From: the human T2T-CHM13v2.0 reference genome, Homo sapiens | DNA: 64,000 nt | Assembly: GCF_009914755.1 (NCBI RefSeq) | Contig: NC_060931.1 | Reading direction: 5' to 3' (one strand) | Part shown: in pieces, positions 13,216 through 27,081 of the stretch | Position numbering within the stretch: position 1 is the first letter of the stretch | How the letters are laid out: every line of letters begins with the position of its first letter | Translations under genes and position numbers: made by a program | The notes under the pieces: generated by a model | What the model was told of the DNA's origin: nothing | Database searches by the model: none | What the model saw: the letters and a program-made list of their open reading frames with translations, nothing else

Positions 13216-16200
13216 TACATTCAAGTTTTTAATCCATCTTGAGTTGATTTTTGTATATGGTGTAAGGTAGGGGTGCAGTTTCAATCTTCTGCATATGGCT
13301 AGCCAGTTATCCCAGCACCTGTTATTGAATAGGGAATCTTTCCCCATTGCTTGTTTTTGTCAGATTTGTAGAAGATCAGATGGTTGTAGATGTGCAGCCT
13401 TATTTCTGGGCTCTCTATTTGGTTCCATTGGTCTATGTGTCTGTTTTTGTACAGTACCATGCTGTTTTGGTTACTATAGCCCTATAATATAGTTTGAAGT
13501 CAGGTAACGTGATGCCTCCAGCTTTGTTCTTTTTGCTTAGGATTGCCTTTGCTATTTGGGCTTTTGTTTGTTTGTTTGTTTCCATATGATTTTTACAATA
13601 ATTTTTTCTGGTTCTGTGAAGAATGTCATTGGTAGTTTGATAGGAATAGCATTGAATCTGTAAATTGCTTTGGACAATATGACCATTTTAATGACATTGA
13701 TTCTTCTGACCCATGAGCATGGAATGTTCCATTTGTTTATGTCACTTCTGATTTCTTTGAGCAGTGTTTTGTAATTTTCATTGTAGAGATCTTTCACCTC
13801 CCTAGTTACCAATATTCCTAGGCATTTTATTCTTCTTGTGGCTATTATGAATGGGATTGTGTTCCTGATTTGGCTCTCGGTTAGGCTGTTGTTGGTATAT
13901 AGGAATGCCAGTGATTTTTGTACATTGATTTTGTATCCTGAAACTTCCTGAAGTTGTTTGTCAGCTGAAGGAGCTTTTGGGCCAAGACTGAGGTTTTCTA
14001 GAATCATGTTGTCTGCAAACAGGCATAGTCTGAATTCCGCTCTTCCTATTTGGATGCTCTTTATTTCTTTATCTTGGCTGATTGCTCTGGCCAGGTCTTC
14101 CAATATTATGTTGAATAGAAAGGTGAGAGAGGGCATCCTTGTCTTGTGCCAGTATTTAAGGGGAATGCTTCCAGCTTTTGCCCACAGTACGATGTTGGCT
14201 GTGGGCATGTCATAGATATTTTTAGGTATGTTCCTTCAATACTAGTTTATTGAGAGTTTTTAACATGGAGGAATGTTGAATTTTATCAAAAGCCTTTTCT
14301 GCATCTATTGAGAAAATCACGTGGTTTTGTCTTTAGTTCTGTTTATGTGATGAATCACATTTCTTGATTTGCATATGTTGAACCAAACTTGCATCCCAGG
14401 AATAAAGCCTACTTGATCATGGTGGATTAGCTTTTTGATGTGCTGCTGGATTTGGTTTGCAAGTATTTTGTTGAGGATTTTTGCATCAATGTTCACCAAG
14501 GATATTGGCCTGAAGTTTTCTTTTATTGTTGTGGCTCTGCCAGGTTTTGGTATCAGGATAATGCTGGCTTCATAGAATGAGTTGGGGAGGAGTCCCTCCT
14601 CCTCAGCTTTTTGAAATAGTTTCAGTAGGAATGGTACCAGCTCGTCTTTGTACATCTGATTGAATTCAGCTGTGAATCTGTTTTGTCCTAGGATTTTTTT
14701 GGATGATAAGCTATTTATTACTGATTCTATTTCAGAGGTCACTATTGAACTGTTCAGGGAATCGATTTCTTCCTGGTTCAGTCTTGGGAGGGTGTATATA
14801 TCCAGGAATTTATCCATCTCTTCTAGGTTTTCTAGTTTGTGTGCATAGACATGTTCATAGTAGTCTCTGATTATTGTTTTACTGTGGGGTTAGTGGTAAC
14901 ATCCCCTTTGTCATTCCTTATTGTGATTCTTTGGATCTTCTCTCTTTTCTTCTTTATTAGTCTAGCTACCAACCTATCTATATTATTGATTTTTTTTTTC
15001 AAAAAGCCAACTCCTGGATTAATCGATATTTTCAATGGCTTTTTCATGTCTCAGTCTCCTCCACTTCAGCTCTGACTTGGGTTGTTTCATGTCTTCTGCC
15101 AGCTTTGAAGGAGGTTTGCTCCTGCTTCTCTAGTTATTTTAGTTGTGAGGTTAGGTTGTTAATTTGAGATCTTCCTAACTTTCTGATATGGGCATTTAGT
15201 GATATAAATTTCTCTCTTAACACTGCCTTAGCTATGTCCCAGAGATTCTGGTATGTTATATCTTTGTTCTCATTAATTAAAAAGAGCTTCTTGATTTCTG
15301 CCTTAACTTCATTATTTACCCGAAAGTCATTCAGGAGCATGTTGTTTAGTTTCCCTGTAATTGCATGGTTTTGAGCAAATTTTTTAAATCTTGATTTCTA
15401 TTTTTATTGTGCTGTGATCTAGGAGTGTGTTGGTTATGATTTCAGTTCTTTTGCATTTCCTGAGAATTGTTTTATGTCTGATTGTGTAGTCAATTTTAGA
15501 GTATGTACCATATGGCAATGAGAAGAATGTATATTCTGTTGATTTAGGATGGAGAGTTCTGTAGATGTCTATCAGATCTATTTGGTCCAATGTTGGATTC
15601 ACATCCTGAATATCTTTGTGAATTTTCTGCCTTGGTGATCTAATACTGTTAGTGGAGTATTGAAGTCTCCCACTATTTTGTGTGGGAATCTAAGTCTTTT
15701 TGTAGGTCTCTAGGAACTTGCTTTATGAATCTGGGTGCTCCTGTGTTGGGTACATATATATTTAGAATACTTAGGTCTTCTTGTTGAATTGAGCCCTGAT
15801 TACCATTATGTAATATCTTTATCTTTTTTTTTTATCTTTGTTGATTTAAAGTCTTTGTTGTCTGAAATTAGGATTGCAACCCCTGCTTTTTTCTGATTTC
15901 CATTTACTTGGTAGATTCTTCTCCATCCCTTTATTTTGAGCCTATGGGTGTCACTGCATGTGAGATGGGTCTCTAGAAGATAGCATACCATTAGATTTTG
16001 CTGTTTTTTTCCAGCTTGCCACTCTGTACCTTTTAAATGGGGGCATTTAGCCCATTTACATTCAAGGTTAGTATTGATATGTGTGGATTTGATCCTGTCA
16101 TTGTGTTGTTAGCTGTTTATTATGCTGGCTGGCTTGTGTGATTGCTTTATAGTGTCACTGGTCTACGTACTTAAGTGTTTTGGCTGGTATTGGTCTTTCC

Positions 16201-17943
16201 TTTCCATATTTAGTGCTCCTTTCAAGATCTCTTATAAGGTGGGTCTGGTGGTAATGAACTCCCTCAGCATTGGCTTATCTAAAATGGATCTTATTTCTCC
16301 TTCACTGAGGAAGCTTAGTTTGACTGGATGTGGAATTCTGGGTTCAAAATTTTTTTCTTTAAGAATATTGAATATAGGCCCCCAATCTCTTCTGGCTTGT
16401 AGGGTTTCTGCTGAGAAGTCAGCTGATGGGGTTCCCTTTGTAGGTGACCTGCCCTTTCTCTCTACCTGCCTTTAATAGTCTTTCATTTCTACCTTGGAAA
16501 ATCTGATGTTTATGTGTCTTGGGAATGATCTTCTTGTATAGAATCTTGCAGGGGTTTCCTGTATTTTCTGGATTTGACTGATGGCCTCTCTAGCAAAGTT
16601 GGGGAAGTTTTCATGGACAATATCCTGAAATGTTTTGCTTTTTCCCTGTCCCTTTCAGGGATGCAAATGATTCATAAATTTGGCCTCTTTACATAATCCA
16701 TGTTTCTCAGAGGTTTTGTTCATTCCTTTTTATTCTTAGTTCTCTTTATTTTTATCTGGCTGTCTTAATTCAGAGAACCAGTCTTCAAGCTCCAAGATTC
16801 TTTCCTCAGCTTGGTCTATTCTGCTGTTAATACTTAGGGTTGTGTTGTGAAATTCTTGTAGTGTGTTTTATAGCTCTATAAGATCAGTTAGGTTCTTTTT
16901 TATACTGCCTATTTTGTTTGTCAGCTCCTGTATCCATTTTATTGTGATTCTTAGTTTCCTTGGATTGGGTTTTGCCATTCTCCTGAATTTTGATGATCTT
17001 TCCTATCCATATTCTGAATTCTATTTCTGTCATTTCAACCAACTCAGGTTAAGAACCCTGGTTGGAGAACTGATGCAGTCATTTGAAGGACATAAGACAC
17101 TTGGGCCATCGAACTGCCAGAATTCTCTCTAGGGCCTGGAGGCAGCACGGGTGAGGGCTGCAAGACAGCAAAGATGACAACCCACCTCTCCCACTGAGAG
17201 CTCTGTCCCAGGCAGTTGTAGAGCTGCTATTGGCTCGATAGCCCCAGCAAGGAGTGGCTGAAGACTCAGACTGGGAGGACATGCCTAGTGAAGAGATACA
17301 GGATGGGTCCCACATAACAAACAGTCTGCCCGCTTTCTGTATGGCTGCTGCAGTATGCTGGGGGTCTGCTCCAGTCCCTTGTCACCTCGGATTTTTCAGC
17401 ACCTGAAGGTACCAACAATGAAGGTCGTGAAACAGCAAAGATGGTGGCCCACCCCTCCCTCTGGGAGCTCTGTCCCAGGGAAGTTTGAAACTGTTGCTGA
17501 CAGAAAACACTAGCAGGGGTATCTGTAGACCTTGGTCAGGAAATTCCTCCCAGTGAAGAGAAATGGGATCCAGTGCCTGTGTGAAAAAGCAGTCCGACCA
17601 CTTTTATGGAGAGCTGCTGTGCTGCGCCAGGGGACCACTCCAATCCCTAATCACCTCAGACTGTCTAGAGCCTGAAGGCAAACATGGCTAAGGCTGTGAA
17701 ATAGCAAAGACGGTGGCCCATCCTTTCTCGTGGAAGCTCTATACCAGGGAGGCTCTGAACCACTGCCAGCTGGAAAACACCAGTAAGGGTGACTGGTGAC
17801 CCTGGTTGAGAAGTTCTGCCCATTGAGGAGAAGCAGCATCAAAGACCCATGTGAAAAAGTAGTCTAGCTTCTTTTCTGTAGGGTGGCTGCACCAAAGGCA
17901 ACAATGGCTAGGGCTGCAAAACAGCAAAGATAGTGGTTCACCC

Positions 17944-18081
17944 TCCCTCTGGGAGCTCTGTCTCAGGGAGGTGTAACACTGCTACTAGTGGCTGGCTGGA
18001 GTTCCAAGCCAGTCCCTCTGGGAGCTCTGTCTCAGGGAGGTACAACACTGCTACCACTGGCTGGCTGGAGTTCCAAGCCAG
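17944..18081. repeat. 69-bp tandem duplication in L1 5' UTR
   Basis: TCCCTCTGGGAGCTCTGTCTCAGGGAGG...GTTCCAAGCCAG at 17944-18012 and 18013-18081. Confidence 0.9.
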
Positions 18082-18679
18082 TGGGTCTTATCCTGAGATG
18101 TGCTGTGGCAGCAGGATCTGCAGACGGTCACTGCTCAGCCCCCTGGATTCAGCCCCTTTCCTAGGGGTATGTACAGAGGTCTAACTTCCCACTTTGCTGG
18201 AGTTGCAGCCACTTTTGCTGGGAAACCCGAGTATCTAAAGCTCCTGGGGCTCTGTATATGCCTGAGTAGCTGCTCTGCCAAGACTCCATGTATCAATAAC
18301 CCTATGTGTCAGACTGCAGGAATTGGTGGAGTGGGTTCATGAGAAGACCTCCTGACCTGGGAGCTGCAAAGATCTGTGGGAGAAGCGTGGGTCCCCATCA
18401 TCACTCACTGACTCACCCCTTCCTTGGGCAGGGGAGGCTCTCCTGGCTCTGTGTCGCTCCTGGGTGGGCAGCTGTCTGCCTTGCTTTTCTCTGTTCTCCA
18501 TGGGTCAAGTTGTTTTCTTTATGAATCCAATGTGTGTACCTGGATATTTCAGTTGAAGGTGTTGTGTTCACTCACTCCTTCAGTTTCTCTCCATGAGAGC
18601 GACAAATGCAAGCTCCATCTAGCCAGCCTCCCAACCACTTTCTTAACAATGTCCTTAAAACTCGTTTTGCCTCCTTATC

Positions 18680-20620
18680 CTTTGACTAAGCCAATGCTGA
18701 ACAACTGCAATTCTGGATGAATCTAACTATCCATCTCTGCCCCTATCTTAGATTACAGAGCCCTGCTGGAGAAAAATTACATTACCAAATGGCATTATAC
18801 ATTCTTGTTTGCATAATTTATATATACATATACTTGATCAGCTACCTCTTCCATTCTCCAAAGTAACTATTCTAAATTTTTTCCTCTCTCTCTCCTACCT
18901 AACATCTCCCCTTTACCCTCAGTAGATGACCTAACTTCTTACTTCACATATAAAACAGAAACAAAAACCAGAGAGGCCATCAATAAATTAACTCATCTCA
19001 AACATCCTTCCTTCTTGTTTCAAAGAAATAAATATCCCTCTGTTTAAGGTTAATTCATTCAGCAGTGCTCTAGATCCCATGTCCATCAATTTCCTTAGTG
19101 ACATAACTCTAATTACTGCCGTCTTACTCACCTTCCTCAAAATATAGCCAACATTCATTACCTTCACTTCCTCACTTGTATACTTCTCAACCTACTGCTT
19201 GAGAATGTTTCTACTGTTGCCATACCATGAAATGGTTATTTACAAAGCCATACTAACTTCTCTACTGGTGATTATTTTCAGGGCCTTTAAACTATTTCCC
19301 TTGATTCATTGAGCTATTTCACAATAGCTATTGTGCATCCCATGTCTCAGTCAGTGTACTGCCATCATCCAGTTATCTAAGTAATAAACCCAAGACTTAT
19401 CCTAATGTTGTACACGTCTGTTTTTTGGTCTTTAATAACATTTCACAATAGCTATTGTGAAATAGCTCAATGAATATCTGAGTGTCATATCTGTGACACT
19501 ACTCTCTCCTGGTTTTACTCCTGTTTCTCTAGCCATTCATGAAACGTGTTGAAATATGTGAAGAGGAGCCCATGTAGGACATCACCTCTGCCTAAATTTT
19601 AAGTGGGCTGTTTTACAGTAGTCCATCCTTTGGTCTTTCTCACCACATACTTTATTTCTGAGCACTCTCATCTCTACCTGCAGCTTCAACCAGCAACTGA
19701 CAACCATCATATTTTTTAATCTTCAGTCTAAGCCTCTCCTGAATTTCATATTCCTCTGCCTACTGGATATCGCCATCTGTTTTTCCGCACAGGCACTTCT
19801 ATTCAATGTGTCCACTTCCGATCTCTTTCTCCTGCATCCCATGTCTCAGTCAGTGTACTGCCATCATCCAGTTATCTAAGTAATAAACCCAAGACTTATC
19901 CTAATGTTGTACACTTCTGTTTTTTGGTCTTTAATAACATGAAGCTCTATCCATTCTACCTCTAAAGATTCTCTTGAATCTGCTCTCTTCATCCTAATGC
20001 TACCACTAATTCAGACCCTCATTTTGCCTCCCTTGAATAACTGCATTAGCCTCCTAATTTGTCTCCCTGCCTTGTGTTTCACTTTTCTTCAACCTTTTGT
20101 TTTCCTGGGTCCCAGTGTGATCTTTCAAAAATGCAAACCTGATTTTCTTGCGTAAAATCTTCAATGTCCCCCTGTTTCATTCAAAACACATTTATTTAGC
20201 ATCTGTCAGTCATGAATTATTCCCATCTCAGAGGATCTCAAAAGTGTTATTGCAAACAAGTCCTCTAGTTTTGAACCATGTCTTCATACCTACCTGATAT
20301 CCCAATTATTCTACACCACACTTGTGATTTCCTGAATGTGCCATGTTAGTCCCACATCCTAGATGACTGTCCTTTTTTACTTGGCTGACTTGTGTTCATT
20401 CATTTACCCCATACCCTTTGCCCCCATCTATAAGTATGGCTATAAGTATATGTATGTAGTGAGTGCCCTGGTTTATCTCTATAGGAGTATATTCTAATAG
20501 ATACTTTACTTTTTGCTCTCTAGTCCTGATTCTTAACATATTGAAGGCAGGGACTGTGTTTTTCACATCTATTTACCAAACAAAAATAGTGCCAGATACA
20601 TAATAAGCATTCACTGAATG
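18680..20620. mobile_element. L2 relic
   Basis: Pyrimidine-rich decayed L2-like sequence ending GGCAGGGACTGTG..CATTCACTGAATGTT; boundaries approximate. Confidence 0.6.
19304..19475. repeat. Perfect 32-bp inverted repeats enclosing a 108-bp duplicate of 19833-19940
   Basis: 19304-19335 is the exact reverse complement of 19444-19475; 19334-19441 matches 19833-19940 at 107/108 positions. Confidence 0.95.
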
Positions 20621-20922
20621 TTTATTTTTATTTTTTTGAGATGGAGTATTGATTGCTCTGTCACACAGGCTGGAGTGCAGTGATGCGATCTTGGCTCACT
20701 GCAACCTCCGCCTCCTGGGTTCAAGCAATTCCTCTGCCTCAGCCTCCTGAGTAGCTGGGATTACAGAACTCGCCACCATGCCGACTTAATTTTTGTATTT
20801 TTAGTAGAGACAGGGTTTCACCCTGTTGGCCAGGCTAGTCTCGAATTCCTAACCTCAAGTGATCCATCTGCCTCAGCCTCCTAAAGTGCTGAGATTACAA
20901 GCATGAGCTACCACACCCGGCC
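20621..20922 (-). mobile_element. AluS
   Basis: Full Alu in reverse orientation; flanking CATTCA(C/G)TGAATGTTT duplication. Confidence 0.95.
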
Positions 20923-21504
20923 TACATTCAGTGAATGTTTATTGAGTGGCCTAAGAATGGCTTATCAAGAAACTGTAAATAAGTTCATTTCATTTGCCAA
21001 TATTGCCAGATATTGTAATCATACATTATCTTTCAGATCTAGCTTAAAGCAATGTGTGCTTTATTTATCTTTTTATTTTCCTTTTAAGAATAGATAATTT
21101 CTTTACAAAAAAACTTATTGTAGAAATTTTCAAACATAAACAAAAGTAGAAATAGAATAATGAGTCCACTGATACCCATCACCCATCCTCATCAGCATCC
21201 TGCTACTCTTGTTTCATCTGTTTTCCCACTACTTTTTTCCTAGAATATTTTAAAATAAATTCTATAAATTATATTATTTTGCCTATAAACAGTTTAGTGT
21301 ATATCACTAGATAAACAGTTATTAACAAAGCACAGTGTATTTCTTGCTTTTATTCTAAATGTATTCTACTTTCTCTTATGCTCTCTACGGACCAATTTAA
21401 GCATGACAATTATAAATTATAGGACATTTTTTTAAATGTCTGACTACTAGTCTTCCTTCAGGCTTTACTCAGGGTTCCACCCACTTCCCAAGTATGTAGA
21501 CTCT

Positions 21505-22260
21505 AAATTGTGATAAAATACACATAACAAAATTTACCATCAACTAATTTTAAGTGTACAATTCAGTAGTGTTAAGTACAGTCGCATTGTGGTGCAATCT
21601 CCAGAACTCCTTTTTCTCTTTTAAAATTGAAACTTTATGCCTATTCCTCTGCAATTCTCCCTCCCCCCAGCACCTGGAAACCATCCTTCTACTTTTGTGT
21701 CTATGAATTTGACTGCTCTAGTCAAATAGAATTCTAGTCAATGGAATATTCTAGTCAAATTAGGAAGTGGAGTCAAATATTTGGATGACAAATGTGATAT
21801 TTGTCTTTTTGTGTCTGGCTTATTTTATTTTGTATAATGGTCTCAAGGTTTATCAGTATTGTAGCATTTGTCAGTATTTCCTTCCTTTTTAAGACTAAAT
21901 AATATTCCATTGTATGAATATACCTCATTTTGTTAATCCATTCATCAATGAACACGTGTGTTGCTTACAACTGTTGGCTATTATGAATAATGCTACTATA
22001 AATATGAATGTATCTATGTCTCTTTGGGACCCTGCTTTCAATGCTTTTGGGCATATAACCAGAAGTGGAATTGCTGGGTCATATGGTAATCCTATTTTTA
22101 ATTATTGAGGAACCATCATATTGTTTTCCACAATGTTGTACCATTTTACATTCTTATTAATAATGTGTGAAGGTTCCAATTTTTCTAAATCCTTGCCAGC
22201 ACTTGTTATTTTCTGGAGGTTTTTTTTGATAGCAGCCATCCTAATATGGGGTGAGATAAA
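21505..22260 (-). mobile_element. L1M (L1MA/MB-like) 3' end
   Basis: Minus-strand ORF MFIDEWINKMRYIHTMEYY is the L1 ORF2 C-terminus; L1M-type 3' UTR. Confidence 0.85.
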
Positions 22261-22339
22261 CATTTTTTAAAATGTTATTATATTCCAGTGTCTCCATTAA
22301 CAAAACAATAATTCCTTTGTATCATCTAATAAAGAAGGG

Positions 22340-23190
22340 ATTTCTAACATGCTCTTCCCAGTCTCCCCATGTCCTTATACTGCCATTTCCTCAAACTAGA
22401 AGCTTTGGAGCCACCACTGATTCCTCTCTTATTCTCTCATCTCACATCCAATTCTTTAGAAAATCCACATATGTACCCAGAATACTCCCACCCCACTTCT
22501 CACCCTTCTAGCCATTTCCACCACCCTGGTCCAAGCTACCGCCATCTCTCCTGGATTGTTTCTGAAGCCTTCCAAGAGATCTCCCTGTTTGTTCACTCTT
22601 GCCTCTCTTCAATCTGTTCTCAACTTGACAACCAGCACAATCTTGTCCAAACAAATCTCAGACTGACACTCCTCTGCTCAATGCCTTCCAGTGATTTTCC
22701 ATCTCACACTCAGTAAAAATCAAAGTCCTTCTACTGGCTTTGAGGCCCAACATGAGCTGAGTCCATGTTACCTACCTAAATTTATCCCTTATAACTTTCC
22801 CTTTTGTTCATTCTACTCCACCCACTGATGCATTCTTGGTGTTCTTGAACACACTACTATTCTCCTACCTCAGTAAGGGCCTTTGTCTCGAATTATCTTT
22901 CCCCTGAAACCTGCTCGATTTACTTCCTAACTTCCATGAGATGTCAGCTTCATAAGGAGGCTTTTTCTTAACACCTTTTTAAAAATGGAAATCAACCCCT
23001 CAAGAATTCTCTACTCCCCTCCGCAGCTTTACTTTATCCCGTAAACTTTATCATTATCTAACATAATATATATTTTATTTGTTTATTTTCTGCCCACTGT
23101 CATTAAAGTACAAGCTTCAGATGGGCAAGGAATTTTAGATAAAATCCTTGGCATATAATAATGCCCAATAAGTAATTGTGAATAGAGTTC
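22340..23190. mobile_element. L2 relic
   Basis: L2 3' motifs (CCATCTCTCCTGGATT, CCCATCTCACACTCAGTAAAAATCAAAGTCCTT-like). Confidence 0.7.
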
Positions 23191-23225
23191 ATATCTCTGT
23201 ACATATTTTTGTGGTTGCTCCCCAG

Positions 23226-23457
23226 ATCTGCACCACAACTTAAAAAGCAAAATAAAAGAATGCATATCTTTCCAAAGCAAGAAGACTGGCATAAATTGGA
23301 CAGATGATGAAAAAAGAAGCTACAAGGATAAAGGAATAGTTCAAACTCAAGAAATATTGCAGTATTTGCTCCCCATCGTGCATAGCACTAAAAACATGCA
23401 AACCACTCAGATAAAACAGCTATTCAATCCAAGAACCAACTTCCAAATCCAACATCA
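23226..23457 (+). CDS. AGBL3: AGBL3 (cytosolic carboxypeptidase 3) internal coding exon: DLHHNLKSKIKECISFQSKKTGINWTDDEKRSYKDKGIVQTQEILQYLLPIVHSTKNMQTTQIKQLFNPRTNFQIQHQ
   Basis: ctccccag acceptor, CA|gtaagt donor, 232 nt open, phase 1 to 2, in frame with exon 42682. Identity from recall of the protein and the TMEM140 neighbourhood. Confidence 0.8.
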
Positions 23458-23959
23458 GTAAGTCAATACAATTTTATCACTCTTATCTATTTAACACATC
23501 TTTTTTAAAAAAGCAGGGCTTATTAATTTATTATCCTACGAAAAAAAAATCTGCTCTTGAAAATGATGTCAGCTCCATCACATTTGGCAAAGAACAAAGA
23601 CCCAAAGCTGTCAGAAAACACTGGATAAATGAAGGAGTAAGTTATCAGGCCTTATTTAATTGATTATTTGCATGAAACTACTCATTAATTTAGATCTATT
23701 AATAAAGTAGGCATAAATAAAGTATGATTATAGCCTGATTTGAAAATTATCAGCTGTTTTAAACCTTATAATCCTATGGGGTAACCAGAATTAAAAATAA
23801 TTAACCTGAGCTACTTCAGTTTATTGATACTGAGATGAAAGCAGAAAGAGCGAGACCAGTTTTCTTCTAAAGATAAAAAACAGAACTACCTCTAAGGCCA
23901 AAAGGAAACATGTGTAAATAAAAGTAAAGACAGTAATAAGCTGAAAATAATAAATACAA

Positions 23960-24190
23960 TACTAATATTATCAACAGATTTTTATAATGTACTTCCTATG
24001 TGCTACACACTGTTCTAAGTTATATATGTATACACTTTACATTTTACACATGAGAAAACTGAGGTGCAAAGAGGTTAAATAATTTGTCCAAAGCCTCACA
24101 AGCCAATATGTAGTGGAATCTGGAGTCAAATCCACCTAGACATTCTGACTACAGAGTCCTCCTGAACTTCATCATTATGCTTTGCCATTT
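23960..24190 (-). mobile_element. MIR
   Basis: Core ATTTTACACATGAGAAAACTGAGG..AGAGGTTAAATAATTTGTCCAA. Confidence 0.8.
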
Positions 24191-25729
24191 CTCTTTATAA
24201 GTGAAAAACATGACCAATATACTTAATATACAAAGAGTGCTTACATATCAACTGGAAACTTATGAATACTTTCATAAGAAAATGGGTGAAGGCTATGAAC
24301 CATTGCTACTGTGCAGTAGTAAAAACCCTGACTCTTCACTAGGCCTCCTCTGACACCAGCCCAATGGGGAGAGAAAGAGGTACTTCATTTCTGTCCATTG
24401 AGTATGGAAATCTCGGCTCCCCATTTGGTTTCCAATGACACCCTGGGGGAGGAGAGAGACTCTTTATAGGCCAGTGGGAGGGTCAAAGTTCTGGCTTCTA
24501 TTTGTTCTTCTTTGACTCCACCCTAGCAGAGGTTTGAGATCCCCCATTATACCTCATAAGAGTGGAAGTGTAAGCCCCTCTGCCTCTGCTTACATGGGTG
24601 GGAGTGAGGGCACTGTTTATCTGTGGTGCTTGGCTGGAGTACAGTGGTTATTGCCTAACATTTTCTATATCAGTAGGCTGTCCCTTTCCTGGTCCTTTTC
24701 TACACAGTACAGGCTATTGTTGAGAGCTTTTTGTGCATGTGTCTGGGCACATTTGTGTTTTCAGATTGCTGGCTTCTTCAGCTCCAAGTCTTGGATATAT
24801 GAGGCAAAAAGAAAACCCAGGAGACACCATTGTGTTGTTCCTTTGTTCTTGAAGTCCTTAGCTAGCCTGCCTGCTTTCTACCTTTCGGAGTTGCCTTTTG
24901 TTCATTTTATATGTAATGTCCAGGATTTGTAGTTATTTTTAGTGCAAAGAATAGGGAAAATGCATCTGCTTCATCTTCATGGAAGTGAAAAATATCTCCA
25001 ATTATATTTTGATTTGCATAATCTTTCTCAAGAATTTTCATCATTACCAAATGGAATGCCAAGCATGAGATTTATTCCTCCATATTGAAATCTGACCTAT
25101 GTTTGACCAGAGAGAAATTTAAGGTATGTAAATCATCTTGTTAACATGCAATTCACCTATTAATCCACCTAGACCCTATTCATTTTGGCTTAAGAACAGA
25201 ACAGACAATGTAGGTTTTCAGCCCTATGATTACATTCAGATGTAACGTCATGTTCAACATGATAATTCTGCAAACTCTTACAGCACATTAACTAGTTTCT
25301 CCTTAATCCTAAATTAGACCAATGTCTAAAATGGTTTAGCAAAGTGTGATCTTCTCATTCTTTGCTTATTCTCACTTTACCCTGAAATCACTTACTATAG
25401 GTAATAGCATGTAAGAGTGTTGAGACAGTCAAACAAATGATATATAAAACAGAGAAGGTAGCCATAAAGAACTAAGTTGTAAGAAAAACAACAACAACAA
25501 AAATCAACCTGACAATGTTTAAGTTTGCAGTGAGATCATCTGTTAAGAAAGGATTTGCTTGCTGCTTTCCTACTTTTTAATATTTCCATATACACCTATA
25601 TCAGATACTTTTGGGGGTGTCTACCTCAGGCACAATTTGCCCTTCTCTGGGGACTGCCTCTTGATCCACAAGGGTAGCACTTCCAAAAGCTGCATTTGTA
25701 ATTATGTGACCTCTACCCACTGGCATGGT

Positions 25730-26076
25730 TGCCAATCAGATTATCTTTCTCTATACTTTGGAATTGGAATGAGAGATCGTGGATCAGTCTTGCACATGAA
25801 ACTGCTGTAGGATGCAAATTTGAGCTAAGGGAAGTAAAAACTTTCCTGTGGAGAGAGAAAAGCAGAGACTGCAGATGAATAAAAACCCTTGGATGTTTTC
25901 CATTTTCTAGTTCTAGTCCTTTCCTGAAGCCTGGCTGAATTCCCTCTCCCTCTGTTTCCATGAGTAGCTTTGTACTTTCTTATAATTCTTCCCCTACCCT
26001 ACCTTATGCTTTTTTTAATTAAGCTAGCTTGAATTGGTTTCTGTTACTTGTAACCAAAGAGGTCTTAGTTAATACC
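25730..26076 (+). mobile_element. MLT1-type LTR fragment
   Basis: 3' terminus TTAAGCTAGCTTGAATTGGTTTCTGTTACTTGTAACCAAAGA..TAATAC. Confidence 0.65.
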
Positions 26077-27081
26077 TCACTATTTGTCTGTACCTTCATG
26101 CTCAGGCCAATCCTCATTGAGTGCATTTCTAGATTCAAAGTATTAATATATAGGGAACCTCTTATGAAAGTAATGACTAAAAATCACGCCATGTCCTAAT
26201 TGTCACCTAGACCCCACCCCAATCTCAATGGAGGCTACATATGGAGATGAACCTCCACATCTGTCCAATAATAATTAGAAGCCTCCTATCTCTGGTGTCA
26301 GTGGGGTCCAGATGGGGAACCTGGACTTCCACTTCCATCTTGCAGTAATGAGGTCTTATCTCCCCACTCCCTGAGCTGGAGCAAACTAACAAAAAGCCAA
26401 AACAGAGGGTTTACATAAGATCCAGAGTCTCATAACATAATATGAAAGTGTCTATGTTTTAATCAGAAATAAATTCTTGTACCAAGAACCAGGAAGATCT
26501 AAAACTGAAAAAAGACAATTAGTAGACACAAACACTGAGATGTTAATGATGTTAGAATTTTTTGACAAAGATTTTTAAAGTAATCATAATTAAAATGCTT
26601 CAAAAAACACTTATAAACACACTTGGAAGAAATAAAAAAATAGCCTCAGCAGAGAGAGAGAGAAAAAAATATTAAGAACCAAATAGAAATTTTTGAATTG
26701 AAAAATACAACTGAAATTTTAAAAGCTTAATGGCTGAGCAGAACAGTATAATTGTACAAATAGAGGAAAGAGTCAGTGAATTGAGAGAGATAGAAAAATA
26801 GAAATTACCCAACTGAACATAAGAGAAAAAATAGGCTTAAAATAAAATGAATAGAGCTGCAGGCACCTGTAGGACTATAAGACAAAATCTAATAATATTC
26901 ACATATCGTAGTTTCAGAAGGACAGGAGAATGAATATAGGGCTGAAAAAGAAATCAAAGAAATAATGGCTGAAAGCTTCCCAAATTTGACAGGAGACATA
27001 AACCTATAGATCAAAAAGCTGAGCAGACCATTAATAGGATACACCCAAAGAAATTCATGCCAAGATACCCCAAAATTTAAA

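Noticed and set aside
17130-17990. Recurring ACAGCAAAGATGG..GGGAGCTCTG units as a novel array
   Set aside because: They lie within the L1 5' UTR and are most simply its internal monomer-like structure.
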